From Ignavibacteriales bacterium (GTDB taxonomy: Bacteria > Bacteroidota > Ignavibacteria > UBA10030 > UBA6906): a stretch of DNA of 64,000 nucleotides. The stretch is taken from assembly GCA_037441705.1 (NCBI GenBank), contig JBBIRR010000015.1, forward strand, positions 1 to 64,000, in the 5' to 3' direction. Position 1 is the first letter of the stretch; every line of letters begins with the position of its first letter. This document shows, in pieces, positions 48,437 to 58,605 of the stretch. The notes under the pieces were generated by a model that did no database searches, was not told the origin of the DNA, and saw only the letters and a list, made by a program, of their open reading frames with translations. Both the position numbers and the translations under genes were made by a program.

Positions 48437-50272
48437 ATGAAGACTCTGCTGCTGGTGACCGTGAGCCTCACGGTCATCGGCATCCTGGTATACCTCTCCC
48501 GCAGGAGGAATCTGCTTTCGTACTTCAGCGGCGGGCGATGGTGGCTGACGTGGCTTTCAATAGGCGTCATCACGCTGATGGACGAGCTGACCTCGATTTT
48601 CTATGCGCCGAGCGAAGCGTATAGATTTATCGGGATGTCGGCCATTGCCTTTCTGGTGTTCACCTCCCTGCTGATGCGTTTTCTTTCCACACGCATGGTG
48701 GAGATCGCGGAGATTCTCGAACACCACAAGATCAAGGGTGGGGGAGTGTATTCATTCTCCTACCTCGTTCTGGGACCGACGCTCTCCTTCGTTGCCGTTG
48801 CTTCCATTCTCGTCGTGTACATTCTGACGGCAAGCATCTCCACCGTCAGCGCGGTCGAGAACGGCCTGACGTTCATGTCGTTGACGCATGGGCAAAAGTT
48901 GGTCTTTCAGTTTGCGATTGTGTGGGGAATCGCCGGGTTGAACATCCTGGGGATTCGGGAGAATGCGCGCTTCACCTTTCTCCTGTTTGCCGTGGTGTCG
49001 GTTGTGTTGTTGACACTGTTAGCGTCAGGTCTCTACGAGGCGCGGCCCGAATCGTGGCAAACAATCGGTCGAAGCTTTGTGGATTCGATTTCCACAATCC
49101 GGCAGGGCGGTCTTCTCGGCGGCTTTGCCTTTATCATCATCAGCGTATCGGGATGTATTCTGGCGTACTCGGGCATCGAGTCGGTCATTCAAACGGCCGG
49201 GTTGGTGAAGACGTGGCGGGAAATTAGCAAAGCGTACGTCTTCCTCGCGCTGACGGTGGGCATCTTTACGCCGACCATCTCTGCGCTGGCACTTTCGTCG
49301 GGTCTGGACCCCGCACGTCATGAAACGGACCTGATCACGCAGTATGCCGCGATGCTGAACGGTTTGCCGTTCGGCATTCTGGTCGGCGTGATTGCGAGCG
49401 TCGCCCTCATCATGGCGGTCAATACGGCCTACGTCGCCTCAAGCGAGCTGATCGAACGCGTTGCCCATCGCTACAATTTCCAATGGATCATTCAGACCAA
49501 CCGGCGACAGTCGTTGTATCGCGTGCATGTGGCGAATGCCATCTTTTTTTCTCTCCTCATTCTTGTGACGGAAGGACAGCAGAAGACTCTTGCCGAAATG
49601 TATGCGCTGAGCTTGGTCGCAAGCTTCTGCATCAACATGGGAAGTCTCCTGTTCTATCGGTACTTCAAAGGAACCAACGAGATTCGCGAGTACCACACCT
49701 CGCGTGTAGGGACGTTTCTGTTGTTTGTGATTCTCGTAGGGTGTTTTGTATATCTGGCCGCGACCCGCCCGTACGGTCTCGGTTTATGGGCGGGCGCAAC
49801 GGTTTTCTTTCTCGTTCTCGGACTGGTGGTTGCCAAGAAGCGCGCGCCGGAACGGAAGTTCATCGAAGAAACCGACACCCCGCTGGAAATGATTCTTGCG
49901 CTTGCGGAAGCGCCCGGCGACAAGATCGAGGTCTATTTCAAACGTCCGCATGAGGAAGGAGGTACGCCCGATCCGGCGGTGGCCTATGTGAGTTTCTATT
50001 CGCCGCGAGCGGGTATTCCCCCACGGCTGGCGCCAAACCACTACCGGTTCGTCCAAACGGGCCAGACGCTTTTTGATAGCATTCAAGAACTCCTCTACGT
50101 GTTCAAGTACGAGCTTCCGCACAAGCACATCACGTTTCATTTCGGCTGGCCGCTGTCGTCGTGGCTGGATCGCCTGTCCACCGGCGTCATGGTCTTCAGT
50201 ATTATGAAATTGCCGAAAGAGTTTCCGGAATTCAATTTCAGCATCGACTACTTTGCAAAAAAAGAGAAGTAG
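48437..50272 (+). CDS. APC-superfamily permease (KimA/YdaO-like) with a C-terminal soluble domain
   Basis: More than ten TM helices; 'DELTSIFY', 'GGGVYS', 'YILT', 'SGIES'. Confidence 0.75.
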   Translation: MKTLLLVTVSLTVIGILVYLSRRRNLLSYFSGGRWWLTWLSIGVITLMDELTSIFYAPSEAYRFIGMSAIAFLVFTSLLMRFLSTRMVEIAEILEHHKIKGGGVYSFSYLVLGPTLSFVAVASILVVYILTASISTVSAVENGLTFMSLTHGQKLVFQFAIVWGIAGLNILGIRENARFTFLLFAVVSVVLLTLLASGLYEARPESWQTIGRSFVDSISTIRQGGLLGGFAFIIISVSGCILAYSGIESVIQTAGLVKTWREISKAYVFLALTVGIFTPTISALALSSGLDPARHETDLITQYAAMLNGLPFGILVGVIASVALIMAVNTAYVASSELIERVAHRYNFQWIIQTNRRQSLYRVHVANAIFFSLLILVTEGQQKTLAEMYALSLVASFCINMGSLLFYRYFKGTNEIREYHTSRVGTFLLFVILVGCFVYLAATRPYGLGLWAGATVFFLVLGLVVAKKRAPERKFIEETDTPLEMILALAEAPGDKIEVYFKRPHEEGGTPDPAVAYVSFYSPRAGIPPRLAPNHYRFVQTGQTLFDSIQELLYVFKYELPHKHITFHFGWPLSSWLDRLSTGVMVFSIMKLPKEFPEFNFSIDYFAKKEK

Positions 50273-50966
50273 AGTTGGGGTGGTGATCGCCGCGGGCGGC
50301 CGCGGACGGCGCATGGGGAAGCCGAAGCAATTCCTGTCCCTCGACGGCAAATCACTTCTTCAGCGCTCCATCGAGCCGTTCGACCGTCTTTCCGATATTG
50401 ACGAGATCGTCGTCGTTGTCCCACGAGATTATCGGCGACAGGCGGAAAGGATCATCAGGCGCGCGAAGCTACGGAAGGTTTCTCATGTGGTTACGGGCGG
50501 CAAAGAGCGTCAGCACTCCGTCCGCAACGGCTTGCTTGCGTTCAGGCAAGAACCGGCGATCGTTCTTGTGCACGATGCCGCGCGTCCGCTGGTGACGGAG
50601 CGAGAGATTGTTGCCGTAATCCGACAGGCTCGGCGTTCAGGCGCCGCCGTGGTGGGCGTACCGGTAAAAGACACCATCAAGGTGGGCGAAGCAGGATTCT
50701 TCACACGCACACTCGATCGTCGGACGTTGTGGGCTGTGCACACGCCGCAGGGATTTCGGTATGACGTTCTCGTGCACGCTCACCGCGCTGCTCAGCGAAG
50801 CAAGTACATCGGCACCGACGATGCCTCACTGGTCGAGCGGCTGCGCATTCCCGTGGCCATCGTTCCCGGATCCTACCGCAACATCAAAATCACGACGCAC
50901 GAAGATCTTGCAATCGCCCGGATCCTGCTGAAATCGCCGCCTGCGCGCGCTCTTGCAAGTCGGTGA
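50253..50966 (+). CDS. ispD: 2-C-methyl-D-erythritol 4-phosphate cytidylyltransferase
   Basis: 'AAGGRGRRMG.PKQF', 'HDAARP', 'TPQGF', 'TDDAS', 'NIKIT'. Confidence 0.95.
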   Translation: MQKKRSRVGVVIAAGGRGRRMGKPKQFLSLDGKSLLQRSIEPFDRLSDIDEIVVVVPRDYRRQAERIIRRAKLRKVSHVVTGGKERQHSVRNGLLAFRQEPAIVLVHDAARPLVTEREIVAVIRQARRSGAAVVGVPVKDTIKVGEAGFFTRTLDRRTLWAVHTPQGFRYDVLVHAHRAAQRSKYIGTDDASLVERLRIPVAIVPGSYRNIKITTHEDLAIARILLKSPPARALASR

Positions 50967-51017
50967 CCGTTTTTCTATATTGGTACCCACACAATTAACC
51001 ATAACTGCAAGGAGAGT

Positions 51018-51689
51018 ATGCTTCCCATTGCAATCATCACCGTGCTGAGCTATCTGGTCGGGTCGATCCCGACGGCGATTATCGTTGCGCGCGTGATGCG
51101 TGGAATTGATATTCGTCAGCACGGCAGCGGTAACGCCGGCGGTACGAATGTGATTCGTGTGCTCGGATGGAAAGCCGGGCTGTTCGTGATCGTCTGTGAT
51201 ATGGCCAAGGGATTGCTTGCGACGATGGTCATGTCGCGCTTGATGTTCGGCGCGTTACCGTTCGCGAACACGACGCCCTTCGACGACTACGTTGTCGTGC
51301 AGATTATTGCCGGGTGTGCGGCGATGATCGGCCATATCTGGACGCTGTTTGCCGGCTTCAAAGGCGGCAAAGGGATTGCCACCGCAGGCGGCATGCTCAT
51401 CGGCATTGCGCCGCTGGAAGTTGCCGTGTCCCTTGGCGTGTTCATGATCGTGTTTTTGATATCTCACTATGTGTCTCTCGGCTCGCTGAGTGCCGCTTCC
51501 TCGTTCCCGCTGACGATGTTTCTGCGCGAGAATGTGTTCATGGCACACATCCCGAGTTACAACACGCTTATCTGGTTTAGCATTGCGATCTCGCTTCTGG
51601 TGATCTACACGCATCGCGCGAACATCCAGCGGCTGATCAAAGGGACCGAGAATCGCATCAGCCGCATTCCGTTGTTGCATCGGTCGTAA
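51018..51689 (+). CDS. plsY: Glycerol-3-phosphate acyltransferase
   Basis: 'GSIP', 'DIRQHGSGNAGGTN', 'FKGGKGIAT', 'HRANIQRL..GTE'. Confidence 0.95.
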   Translation: MLPIAIITVLSYLVGSIPTAIIVARVMRGIDIRQHGSGNAGGTNVIRVLGWKAGLFVIVCDMAKGLLATMVMSRLMFGALPFANTTPFDDYVVVQIIAGCAAMIGHIWTLFAGFKGGKGIATAGGMLIGIAPLEVAVSLGVFMIVFLISHYVSLGSLSAASSFPLTMFLRENVFMAHIPSYNTLIWFSIAISLLVIYTHRANIQRLIKGTENRISRIPLLHRS

Positions 51690-51755
51690 TACTCGGATGG
51701 ATTGCCGCCGGGGGTCACCCGGCGGTGTGTGTTTTGAACACGGTTGTCCTCCACC

Positions 51756-52757
51756 ATGCGTATCGCCGTCCTCGGAGCCGGTAGCTGGGGCACCGCCCTG
51801 TCGATCATACTGGCGAACAATCACCACAGCGTCACGCTCTGGTCGCACAAACAAGAATACACCGACCACATCCGTACCCTGCATGAGAATCCCTCCTTCC
51901 TGCCGGGCGTGAAAATCCCCGAAGGCATTGTTGCCACGAGTGATCTTGACCGGGCCGTTGAAGGGGCGGAGATGATTGTCACGGCGGTTCCCTCACAATT
52001 TGTTCGCAGCGTCATGGTTCGTCTCCATCATCTGCCGTACGAGCGGCTCGTGGTGGTCAATGTGGCGAAGGGCATCGAAGTGGGTACTCTCATGACCATG
52101 TCCGAAGTACTGCACGATACGCTTCCCGGCGTGCCGCCCAGCAGCATTGCAACGCTGTCGGGGCCGAGCCACGCCGAAGAGGTCAGCCGTCAGGTTCCGA
52201 CGACGGTTGTTGCCGCCTCCACCAATCTCGAAACAGCGAAGCTTGTCCAGAAAACCTTCATGACGCCGTACTTCCGCGTGTATGCCAGCACGGATCTGAA
52301 GGGTGTTGAGCTGGGAGGGTCGCTCAAAAACGTCATCGCCATAGCGGCGGGAATTGTTGACGGAGCCAACCTGGGCGACAACACCAAGGCCGCATTGATG
52401 ACGCGCGGGATTGCCGAGATCACCCGGCTCGGGGTTGCCCTCGGCGCACAAGCGCAAACCTTCGCAGGCCTTTCGGGTATCGGCGACTTGATGGTGACGT
52501 GCATGAGCCGGCACAGCCGCAATCGACATGTCGGCGTCGAGATCGGGAAGGGGCGAAAGTTGGACGAGATTCTTTCTGAGATGGTAATGGTGGCAGAAGG
52601 GGTCGAGACAACGAAGTCGGCGAACGCCCTCGCGAAACAGGTCGGCGTCGAAGTTCCCATCTGCGCCGAAGTGTACAAGATGTTGTTTGAAGGGAAAGAC
52701 CCGCGGCAATCGACCTATGATCTGATGACGCGAGATGCCAAGGGAGAGGTATACTGA
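51756..52757 (+). CDS. gpsA: NAD(P)H-dependent glycerol-3-phosphate dehydrogenase
   Basis: 'GAGSWGTAL', 'SGPSHAEEV', 'KNVIAIA', 'GDLMVTC.S..SRN'. Confidence 0.95.
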   Translation: MRIAVLGAGSWGTALSIILANNHHSVTLWSHKQEYTDHIRTLHENPSFLPGVKIPEGIVATSDLDRAVEGAEMIVTAVPSQFVRSVMVRLHHLPYERLVVVNVAKGIEVGTLMTMSEVLHDTLPGVPPSSIATLSGPSHAEEVSRQVPTTVVAASTNLETAKLVQKTFMTPYFRVYASTDLKGVELGGSLKNVIAIAAGIVDGANLGDNTKAALMTRGIAEITRLGVALGAQAQTFAGLSGIGDLMVTCMSRHSRNRHVGVEIGKGRKLDEILSEMVMVAEGVETTKSANALAKQVGVEVPICAEVYKMLFEGKDPRQSTYDLMTRDAKGEVY

Positions 52758-52800
52758 TTCCGTACGTCCTCGCGCATGATGTCGGATCAAGAGGAAAAGA

Positions 52801-52834
52801 AAAACCGCTCGGCGTAGCTGAGCGGTTTTCGTTT
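52801..52834. terminator. Bidirectional intrinsic terminator between convergent gpsA and hppA
   Basis: aaaaccgctcggc-gta-gctgagcggtttt, with A and T runs on either side. Confidence 0.8.
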
Positions 52835-52851
52835 AGAGTGGGAGAGTCGCT

Positions 52852-54981
52852 TCAGACGAGCAGCGGCGCAATCACCAGCGACACGACCGACATCAGTTTG
52901 ATGAGAATGTTCATCGCGGGTCCGGACGTATCTTTGAACGGATCGCCCACCGTGTCGCCGACGACGGCGGCTTTGTGCGCGTCGGTTCCCTTCTTCTCAC
53001 CGGCCACTTCACCTTTTTCGATCGCCTTCTTGGCATTATCCCACGCGCCGCCGGCATTGGCCATCATCAAAGCAAGCAGAACGCCGGTGACGGTTGCGCC
53101 GGCGAGCATGCCGCCGAGGGCCGCCGGCCCCAGCAGAAATCCGACGGCAACAGGAGCCACGACTGCCGTAATGCCGGGCAGGATCATTTCACGCAATGCT
53201 GCTGCCGTTGAGATGTCCACACAGCGAGCGGCATCCGGCTTCGCGCCGGGCTTGCCTTCAAGCAGGCCGGGAATCTCACGGAACTGGCGCCGAATCTCAT
53301 CCACCATCTTGCTTGCAGCCCGACCCACCGAGGTCATCGTCAGCGCCGCAATGAAGAAGGGAAGAATCCCGCCGATGAACAAACCGATGACTACCGAGGG
53401 ATTGGTCACGACGATTTGCAGCGGTGTCTCGCCTTCGGCAAGCAAGGTCGCATACCGTTTCCATTCGCCGACAGGCTCGATGCCCGCTGCGGTCATCTGT
53501 GCAACTTTCGAAGCGATCGCCGAGGAAACTGCCTGCGAGTATGCTGCAAACAGAGCAAGCGCCGTGAGTGCCGCTGAGCCGATCGCAAAGCCTTTGCCGA
53601 TCGCGGCGGTAGTGTTTCCGAGCGCATCGAGACTATCGGTGATCTTGCGAACGTCCGGACCCAGACCCGACATTTCCGAGATGCCGCCGGCGTTATCGGC
53701 AATCGGGCCGTAGGCGTCGACAGACATCGTGATGCCGACCGTGGCAAGCATGCCGACTGCCGCGATACCGATGCCGTACAATCCGGCAACGTCATTCGAC
53801 ACAAGAATCGCAACGCAAATCGCCAGCACCGGCAAGGCGGTTGATTCCAACCCCACGGCCAGTCCGCTGATGATATTGGTGGCCGATCCGGTTTTGCTGG
53901 CAAGCGAGATGCGCTTGACGGGACCCATCGAGGTGTAGTACTCGGTGATCAGGCCGATGAGAATGCCGGCAAGCGTTCCGAAGAACACAGCCCAGAAAAC
54001 GTGGTTGCTCACGTCATATGCAGTAACAAGCCAGTACGCACCGAGAAGGAACAGTCCCGCTGCAATGAACGTAGAGTAGCGCAGCGCAGCTTGCGGCGAG
54101 TACTGCTTCAACACTTTCATCGAGGCGATGCCGGCGAACGACGAAACAAGACCTAACACGGCAAGGACAATCGGCATGGACATCAGAATGGCTTTGATCG
54201 ACGTGTCGGCAACCTCCGGCGTGGCTTTCAGATGGGCGAGCGCTTCGGGCAGCAGCGTTGCCCCGATGGCGATGGTTGCGACGATGGAGCCGACGTAGGA
54301 CTCGAAAATATCGGCGCCCATGCCGGCAACGTCTCCCACATTATCACCAACATTGTCCGCAATGACGCCGGGGTTGCGCGGGTCATCTTCGGGGATGTTG
54401 GCTTCGACTTTTCCGACAAGATCGGCGCCGACATCGGCAGCCTTTGTGTAGATACCGCCGCCAACACGCGCAAACAACGCAATCGAACTCGCCCCCATCG
54501 CAAAGCCGTTGATGATGTTCGCGGTTTCCGGCTTGCCGTACAGCATGAAGAAGATGCCCACCCCGATCAGTCCAAGACTGGCGACGCTCACGCCCATGAC
54601 TGCACCGCCGTTGAACGCCGTCAGCAGCGCGGCGCCCTGACCATGTTCCTTGGCTGCTTGTGCCGTCCGGACGTTTGCACGCGTCGCAGCCTGCATGCCG
54701 AAAAATCCCGCGAGAACCGAACACAGCGCTCCGCTGATGAACGCCAGAGCTGTTGCTGGCGCAAGGAAGAAGCCCAGTAACAATGCAACAACAATCACGA
54801 AGAAGATGAGCACCATGTACTCGCGCTTCAGGAAGGCCATCGCCCCGATGTGAATTTGTCCGGCAAGACTCTGCATCAGCTCATTGCCGGCAGGCTGCCG
54901 CTTCAACGAGAAGTAGATGGCAAACGCCACAAGAAGACCAACCGCGCCGGCTACGGGTGAGAATGAGGTAAGCATCTCCAT
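52852..54981 (-). CDS. hppA: Membrane-bound ion-pumping pyrophosphatase, K+-dependent type
   Basis: '[11 protein letters not shown]', 'DNVGDNVGD', 'GNTTAA', '[14 protein letters not shown]'. Confidence 0.95.
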   Translation of the reverse strand: MEMLTSFSPVAGAVGLLVAFAIYFSLKRQPAGNELMQSLAGQIHIGAMAFLKREYMVLIFFVIVVALLLGFFLAPATALAFISGALCSVLAGFFGMQAATRANVRTAQAAKEHGQGAALLTAFNGGAVMGVSVASLGLIGVGIFFMLYGKPETANIINGFAMGASSIALFARVGGGIYTKAADVGADLVGKVEANIPEDDPRNPGVIADNVGDNVGDVAGMGADIFESYVGSIVATIAIGATLLPEALAHLKATPEVADTSIKAILMSMPIVLAVLGLVSSFAGIASMKVLKQYSPQAALRYSTFIAAGLFLLGAYWLVTAYDVSNHVFWAVFFGTLAGILIGLITEYYTSMGPVKRISLASKTGSATNIISGLAVGLESTALPVLAICVAILVSNDVAGLYGIGIAAVGMLATVGITMSVDAYGPIADNAGGISEMSGLGPDVRKITDSLDALGNTTAAIGKGFAIGSAALTALALFAAYSQAVSSAIASKVAQMTAAGIEPVGEWKRYATLLAEGETPLQIVVTNPSVVIGLFIGGILPFFIAALTMTSVGRAASKMVDEIRRQFREIPGLLEGKPGAKPDAARCVDISTAAALREMILPGITAVVAPVAVGFLLGPAALGGMLAGATVTGVLLALMMANAGGAWDNAKKAIEKGEVAGEKKGTDAHKAAVVGDTVGDPFKDTSGPAMNILIKLMSVVSLVIAPLLV

Positions 54982-55197
54982 GTGAACAAAATCTCCTACG
55001 TTGATGATGGATACGTATCCTGCTCACGGCATGCGCTGACTGCTTCGCACGACCACCTGACTAAACCACATGGGGTAACAGAGACGAAGAAGCCTTGAAC
55101 GGGGGATAGCGTTTGCGCGAGCGGGACCAAATTTTCGTGACACAAATATAGGAAAATCCCCGCACTCTTCCTATCACTTTCTTTGCACTGATACCAT

Positions 55198-55224
55198 GAG
55201 CCGGGGCAGTACTTGCCCCGACTC
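55198..55224 (-). terminator. Hairpin downstream of the small membrane protein gene
   Basis: gagccggggca / tgccccgactc; no clear U tract. Confidence 0.35.
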
Positions 55225-55236
55225 TGTCCCGAACAA

Positions 55237-55359
55237 TCAGCCTAACAAAAGCTTCAGAACCACCAGCAGGACGGTAAGCCCGATGATGAATCCGAAGATG
55301 CCGAGAGCGACTCGGGTTCCGGACTGATATTCCGTCTTGCCGGAGTGTGGTTGTGACAT
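55237..55359 (-). CDS. 40-aa single-pass small membrane protein
   Basis: AAGGAG RBS 7 nt before the ATG; MSQPHSGKTEYQSGTRVALGIFGFIIGLTVLLVVLKLLLG. Confidence 0.65.
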   Translation of the reverse strand: MSQPHSGKTEYQSGTRVALGIFGFIIGLTVLLVVLKLLLG

Positions 55360-55385
55360 GGGATTGCTCCTTTCATCGTTATTCA

Positions 55386-55422
55386 CAAAAAGAAATAAAC
55401 CGCCCGTCGTGGACGATGGGCG
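55386..55422 (-). terminator. Intrinsic terminator
   Basis: cgcccgtcgt/acgatgggcg hairpin followed on the minus strand by gtttatttcttttt. Confidence 0.6.
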
Positions 55423-55451
55423 CATTGTTGCTTGCGGTGGATGAAAGGAGG

Positions 55452-55799
55452 TTACAGAAAGGAGCTGGTGGTTTGCGTGTAGATGAGGTAACGGGGGATG
55501 AGCAGTCGGTCATGAAGGAAACACTTCACAATGGCGTGCGGCTCGAACAGGCTCCGAGGCGTGAGCCGATGCGGGAATATGCACTCCAGCGTGAGAGAAC
55601 CCGGTGCCGCCTTCGTGTCGCGCTCGATCAGAATCGGAGTGAAGGTTGTTCCGCTGCTCAACTCGGCAATCTGCGCGGGAGCGGCTTTGCTCGACGGCAA
55701 AGACGTGTCGGGCGTATTTGCGATGCTGTGCGCAAGCCATAGCCAACTCAAGGCAAGCAGGAAAGCGACCCGCGGTTGCTTCAACTTCATCATCCTCAT
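55452..55799 (-). CDS. Hypothetical exported protein
   Basis: Signal-peptide-like N-terminus; starts 5 nt after the YqaA-family stop and is followed by a terminator. Confidence 0.45.
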   Translation of the reverse strand: MRMMKLKQPRVAFLLALSWLWLAHSIANTPDTSLPSSKAAPAQIAELSSGTTFTPILIERDTKAAPGSLTLECIFPHRLTPRSLFEPHAIVKCFLHDRLLIPRYLIYTQTTSSFL

Positions 55800-55803
55800 G
55801 TCG

Positions 55804-56406
55804 TCAAAAGAGATACTTGATGGCAAGAATGCCCAGAACGAACAGTACACCCAGAGCGAGGGTTAAGCGTTCGAGATACTTGTCGAGATATTCCTTCATC
55901 TTGGGACCGAAGAGGAAAAGAAATCCGCCGACGAGAAAGAACCGCGAGGCTCTCCCGACCAGGGAAGCGAGAGCGAGCGTGAGCAAGTCGATCGTCTGGT
56001 TGAACCCTGCTGCGATCGTGAAGACTTTGTAGGGAATAGGCGTGAAGCCTGCAACGATGATGGCCGTCCAGGCATTTTCCTGATACTTGTCCAGCACAAA
56101 CTGAAACTTGTCGTGGAAGCCGTAGAAGTCGACGATCTTCGAGCCGATGGTTTCGTAGAAGGCGTAGCCGATGTAGTAGCCGAGAAACGCGCCTGAGACG
56201 GATCCGAGCGTACACACCAGTGCGTACCAAAACGCGCGTCGGGGGCGTGCAACGCCGAGGGCAATCAACAGCACATCGGGAGGGATAGGAAAGAACGATG
56301 ATTCAACGAACGCGATCCCGTACAGTGCCCAGGTGGCAAACGGCTTTGCGGCAAAGCTTTCCACCCAGGCTTTGAGGCCGTAAAGCAATGCGGATAGTTT
56401 CTTCAA
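55804..56406 (-). CDS. YqaA/DedA (VTT domain) membrane protein
   Basis: 'FVESSFFPIPPD', 'GSVSGA.LGY', 'AGFTPIPYKVFTIAAG'. Confidence 0.9.
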   Translation of the reverse strand: MKKLSALLYGLKAWVESFAAKPFATWALYGIAFVESSFFPIPPDVLLIALGVARPRRAFWYALVCTLGSVSGAFLGYYIGYAFYETIGSKIVDFYGFHDKFQFVLDKYQENAWTAIIVAGFTPIPYKVFTIAAGFNQTIDLLTLALASLVGRASRFFLVGGFLFLFGPKMKEYLDKYLERLTLALGVLFVLGILAIKYLF

Positions 56407-56567
56407 TCAATTCCCTTGGACAGAAAACGAGCGGCACAAAGATAACCAAAAGGGGATGACGTTTCAAGCTTGGGGGTGTACGACGGAGGCTTGCGCCTTA
56501 TGCCAAAAGCCTCTATCTTGACGGCGATTTTCTGTCCACCTTCATCACTCTTCTACCAGGAGCGTGC

Positions 56568-58508
56568 GTGATCAGAGTTTCTTCTCTTCTTGTTCTCATT
56601 ACTCTTTTCCGTTGTTCACTCGCCGCACAGCCTTCGTCTCCACAGGTCACGTTCGAAGTCAAGACGCCATCGGTTGTTCTCACCGGTGTGAATTTCACTC
56701 TCGAAGTGATTGCGCGAGACTCCGCGGGGAATATCCATGCCGGGTTCAACGCAGAGGCGCAGCTTCAAGGCGCCGAGCGTGTTGCTTTGCCCGGGAAGGT
56801 TGCCCCTCCGCTTGTGTTCACAAAGGGCAAACTGCATATCGAGGATCTGACCATCGGCAGCGCAGGAGGGCACACCATCTCGGTTGCAACGCCATCCGGT
56901 GCAGTGTCCGCGACCGTCAGAGTTATTCCCGGCATTCTAAGTATCCTTCCTCCTCTGTGTGCGATTGTCCTCGCCTTGATTCTCCGTCAGGTTGTTATCT
57001 CGCTGTTTGCAGGCATCTATCTTGGCGCGGTTTTTCTTTTCGGGTATGACATCGTTGGAGGCATGTTCCGGGTGCTGGATCATTTCATCGTGAAGGCACT
57101 GTCGGAAACCAGTCACGTCCAGATTATTCTTTTCAGCATGATGTTTGGGGGGATGGTGGGTGTGATTGCGAAGAACGGCGGCACGGTGGGCATTGCGAAC
57201 GTTATCACACGCTACGCACGAACGCCGCGCGGTGGACAGATTGCATCGTGGTTCATGGCCTTCGTTGTTTTCTTCGATGACTATGCCAACTGCCTTGTCC
57301 GCGGCAACCTGATGCGGCCGATTACGGATAAGCTTCGCATCTCGCGGGAGAAACTCTCCTTTATTGTTGATGCGGGCGCCGCAACGGTTGCCAGCGTCAT
57401 GATCATATCCACGTGGATCGGATACGAAGTAGGCCTCATCGAACAGGGACTCAGGAGTATCAATTCGTCGGAAGATGCGTACGCCGTGTTTCTGCAAACC
57501 ATCCCGTACAGATTCTATCCTATCTTCACTCTTGCTCTGGTTTTCCTCATCGGCTTCATGGATCGTGACTTCGGGCCGATGCTAACGGCGGAACGCAGGG
57601 CTCGCACAACGGGCAAAGTCCTGCGGGATGGTGCGCAGCCTGCAACCGATCTCACAGAGTCCACGGTCTATGTTTCCACCGGCGACAAACCTGCACGATG
57701 GTACAACGGCTTCCTTCCCATCCTTACAATCCTCGCCGTAGGTCTTGTTGGTCTGTACACCACCGGAACATCTGCGCTGGCGGCAGACGGGCGAACGAAT
57801 TACGGTCTCGGCGACATCATCAGCAAGTCGGATTCGTATGCGTCGCTCCTGTGGGCGTCCCTTTCCGGTTGCCTCGTCGCCATCCTGCTGACGGTGAGCC
57901 AGCGGATCATGAAAATCACGGAGGCGATCGACGCATGGTTCAACGGGCTGAAATCCATGCTGCTGGCGATGATCATTCTCGTCCTGGCATGGTCCATTGG
58001 AGCTGTCACCGAGGAGTTGCAGACGGCAGGCTACCTTGTGCAGGTGCTGCGTGGGACGATCGCTCCGCATTGGCTGCCTGTGCTGGTGTTTGTGATCGCT
58101 GCTGTTGTGAGCTTTTCCACCGGCACGAGTTGGGGGACAATGGCCATTATGATGCCGCTGGTCATTCCGTTGGGCAGCACGTTGAGTGTCGACGCAGGAC
58201 TCTCTCCATCCGATCAGACGATCATTCTTCATGGCGTCATCAGCTCGGTTCTTGCAGGAGCTGTGTTCGGCGACCACTGCTCGCCCATTTCCGACACCAC
58301 TATCCTCAGTTCAATGGCCTCGGCCTGCGATCACATTGATCACGTGCGCACTCAGTTGCCCTATGCTTTGCTCGCAGCCGTGGTGGGCATGCTCGTCGGC
58401 GACATCCCAACGGCTTTCGGAGTGTCACCATGGATTTCAATCGCCTCAGGCATCATCATCCTTGTACTCTTCTTGCGATTTGTAGGGAAGAGGGTTGGTG
58501 GTGAGTGA
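56568..58508 (+). CDS. NhaC-family Na+/H+ antiporter-like transporter with an N-terminal Ig-like extension
   Basis: 'FFDDYAN', 'SREKL', 'GTSWGT', 'GDHCSPISDTT.LSS', 'HV.TQLPY'. Confidence 0.9.
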   Translation: MIRVSSLLVLITLFRCSLAAQPSSPQVTFEVKTPSVVLTGVNFTLEVIARDSAGNIHAGFNAEAQLQGAERVALPGKVAPPLVFTKGKLHIEDLTIGSAGGHTISVATPSGAVSATVRVIPGILSILPPLCAIVLALILRQVVISLFAGIYLGAVFLFGYDIVGGMFRVLDHFIVKALSETSHVQIILFSMMFGGMVGVIAKNGGTVGIANVITRYARTPRGGQIASWFMAFVVFFDDYANCLVRGNLMRPITDKLRISREKLSFIVDAGAATVASVMIISTWIGYEVGLIEQGLRSINSSEDAYAVFLQTIPYRFYPIFTLALVFLIGFMDRDFGPMLTAERRARTTGKVLRDGAQPATDLTESTVYVSTGDKPARWYNGFLPILTILAVGLVGLYTTGTSALAADGRTNYGLGDIISKSDSYASLLWASLSGCLVAILLTVSQRIMKITEAIDAWFNGLKSMLLAMIILVLAWSIGAVTEELQTAGYLVQVLRGTIAPHWLPVLVFVIAAVVSFSTGTSWGTMAIMMPLVIPLGSTLSVDAGLSPSDQTIILHGVISSVLAGAVFGDHCSPISDTTILSSMASACDHIDHVRTQLPYALLAAVVGMLVGDIPTAFGVSPWISIASGIIILVLFLRFVGKRVGGE

Positions 58509-58605
58509 GAGTGAGATGAAACGTAGATAGCATTACTGAATAACAACGCAGCCGGGCGATTTTCGGAAGCGCTGATATCCGCGGCTATCGTGAGCAAGCT
58601 TTCAG

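Noticed and set aside
51704-51726. GC hairpin gccgccggg/cccggcggt between plsY and gpsA
   Set aside because: A single ordinary intra-operon hairpin, with no further copies noticed.
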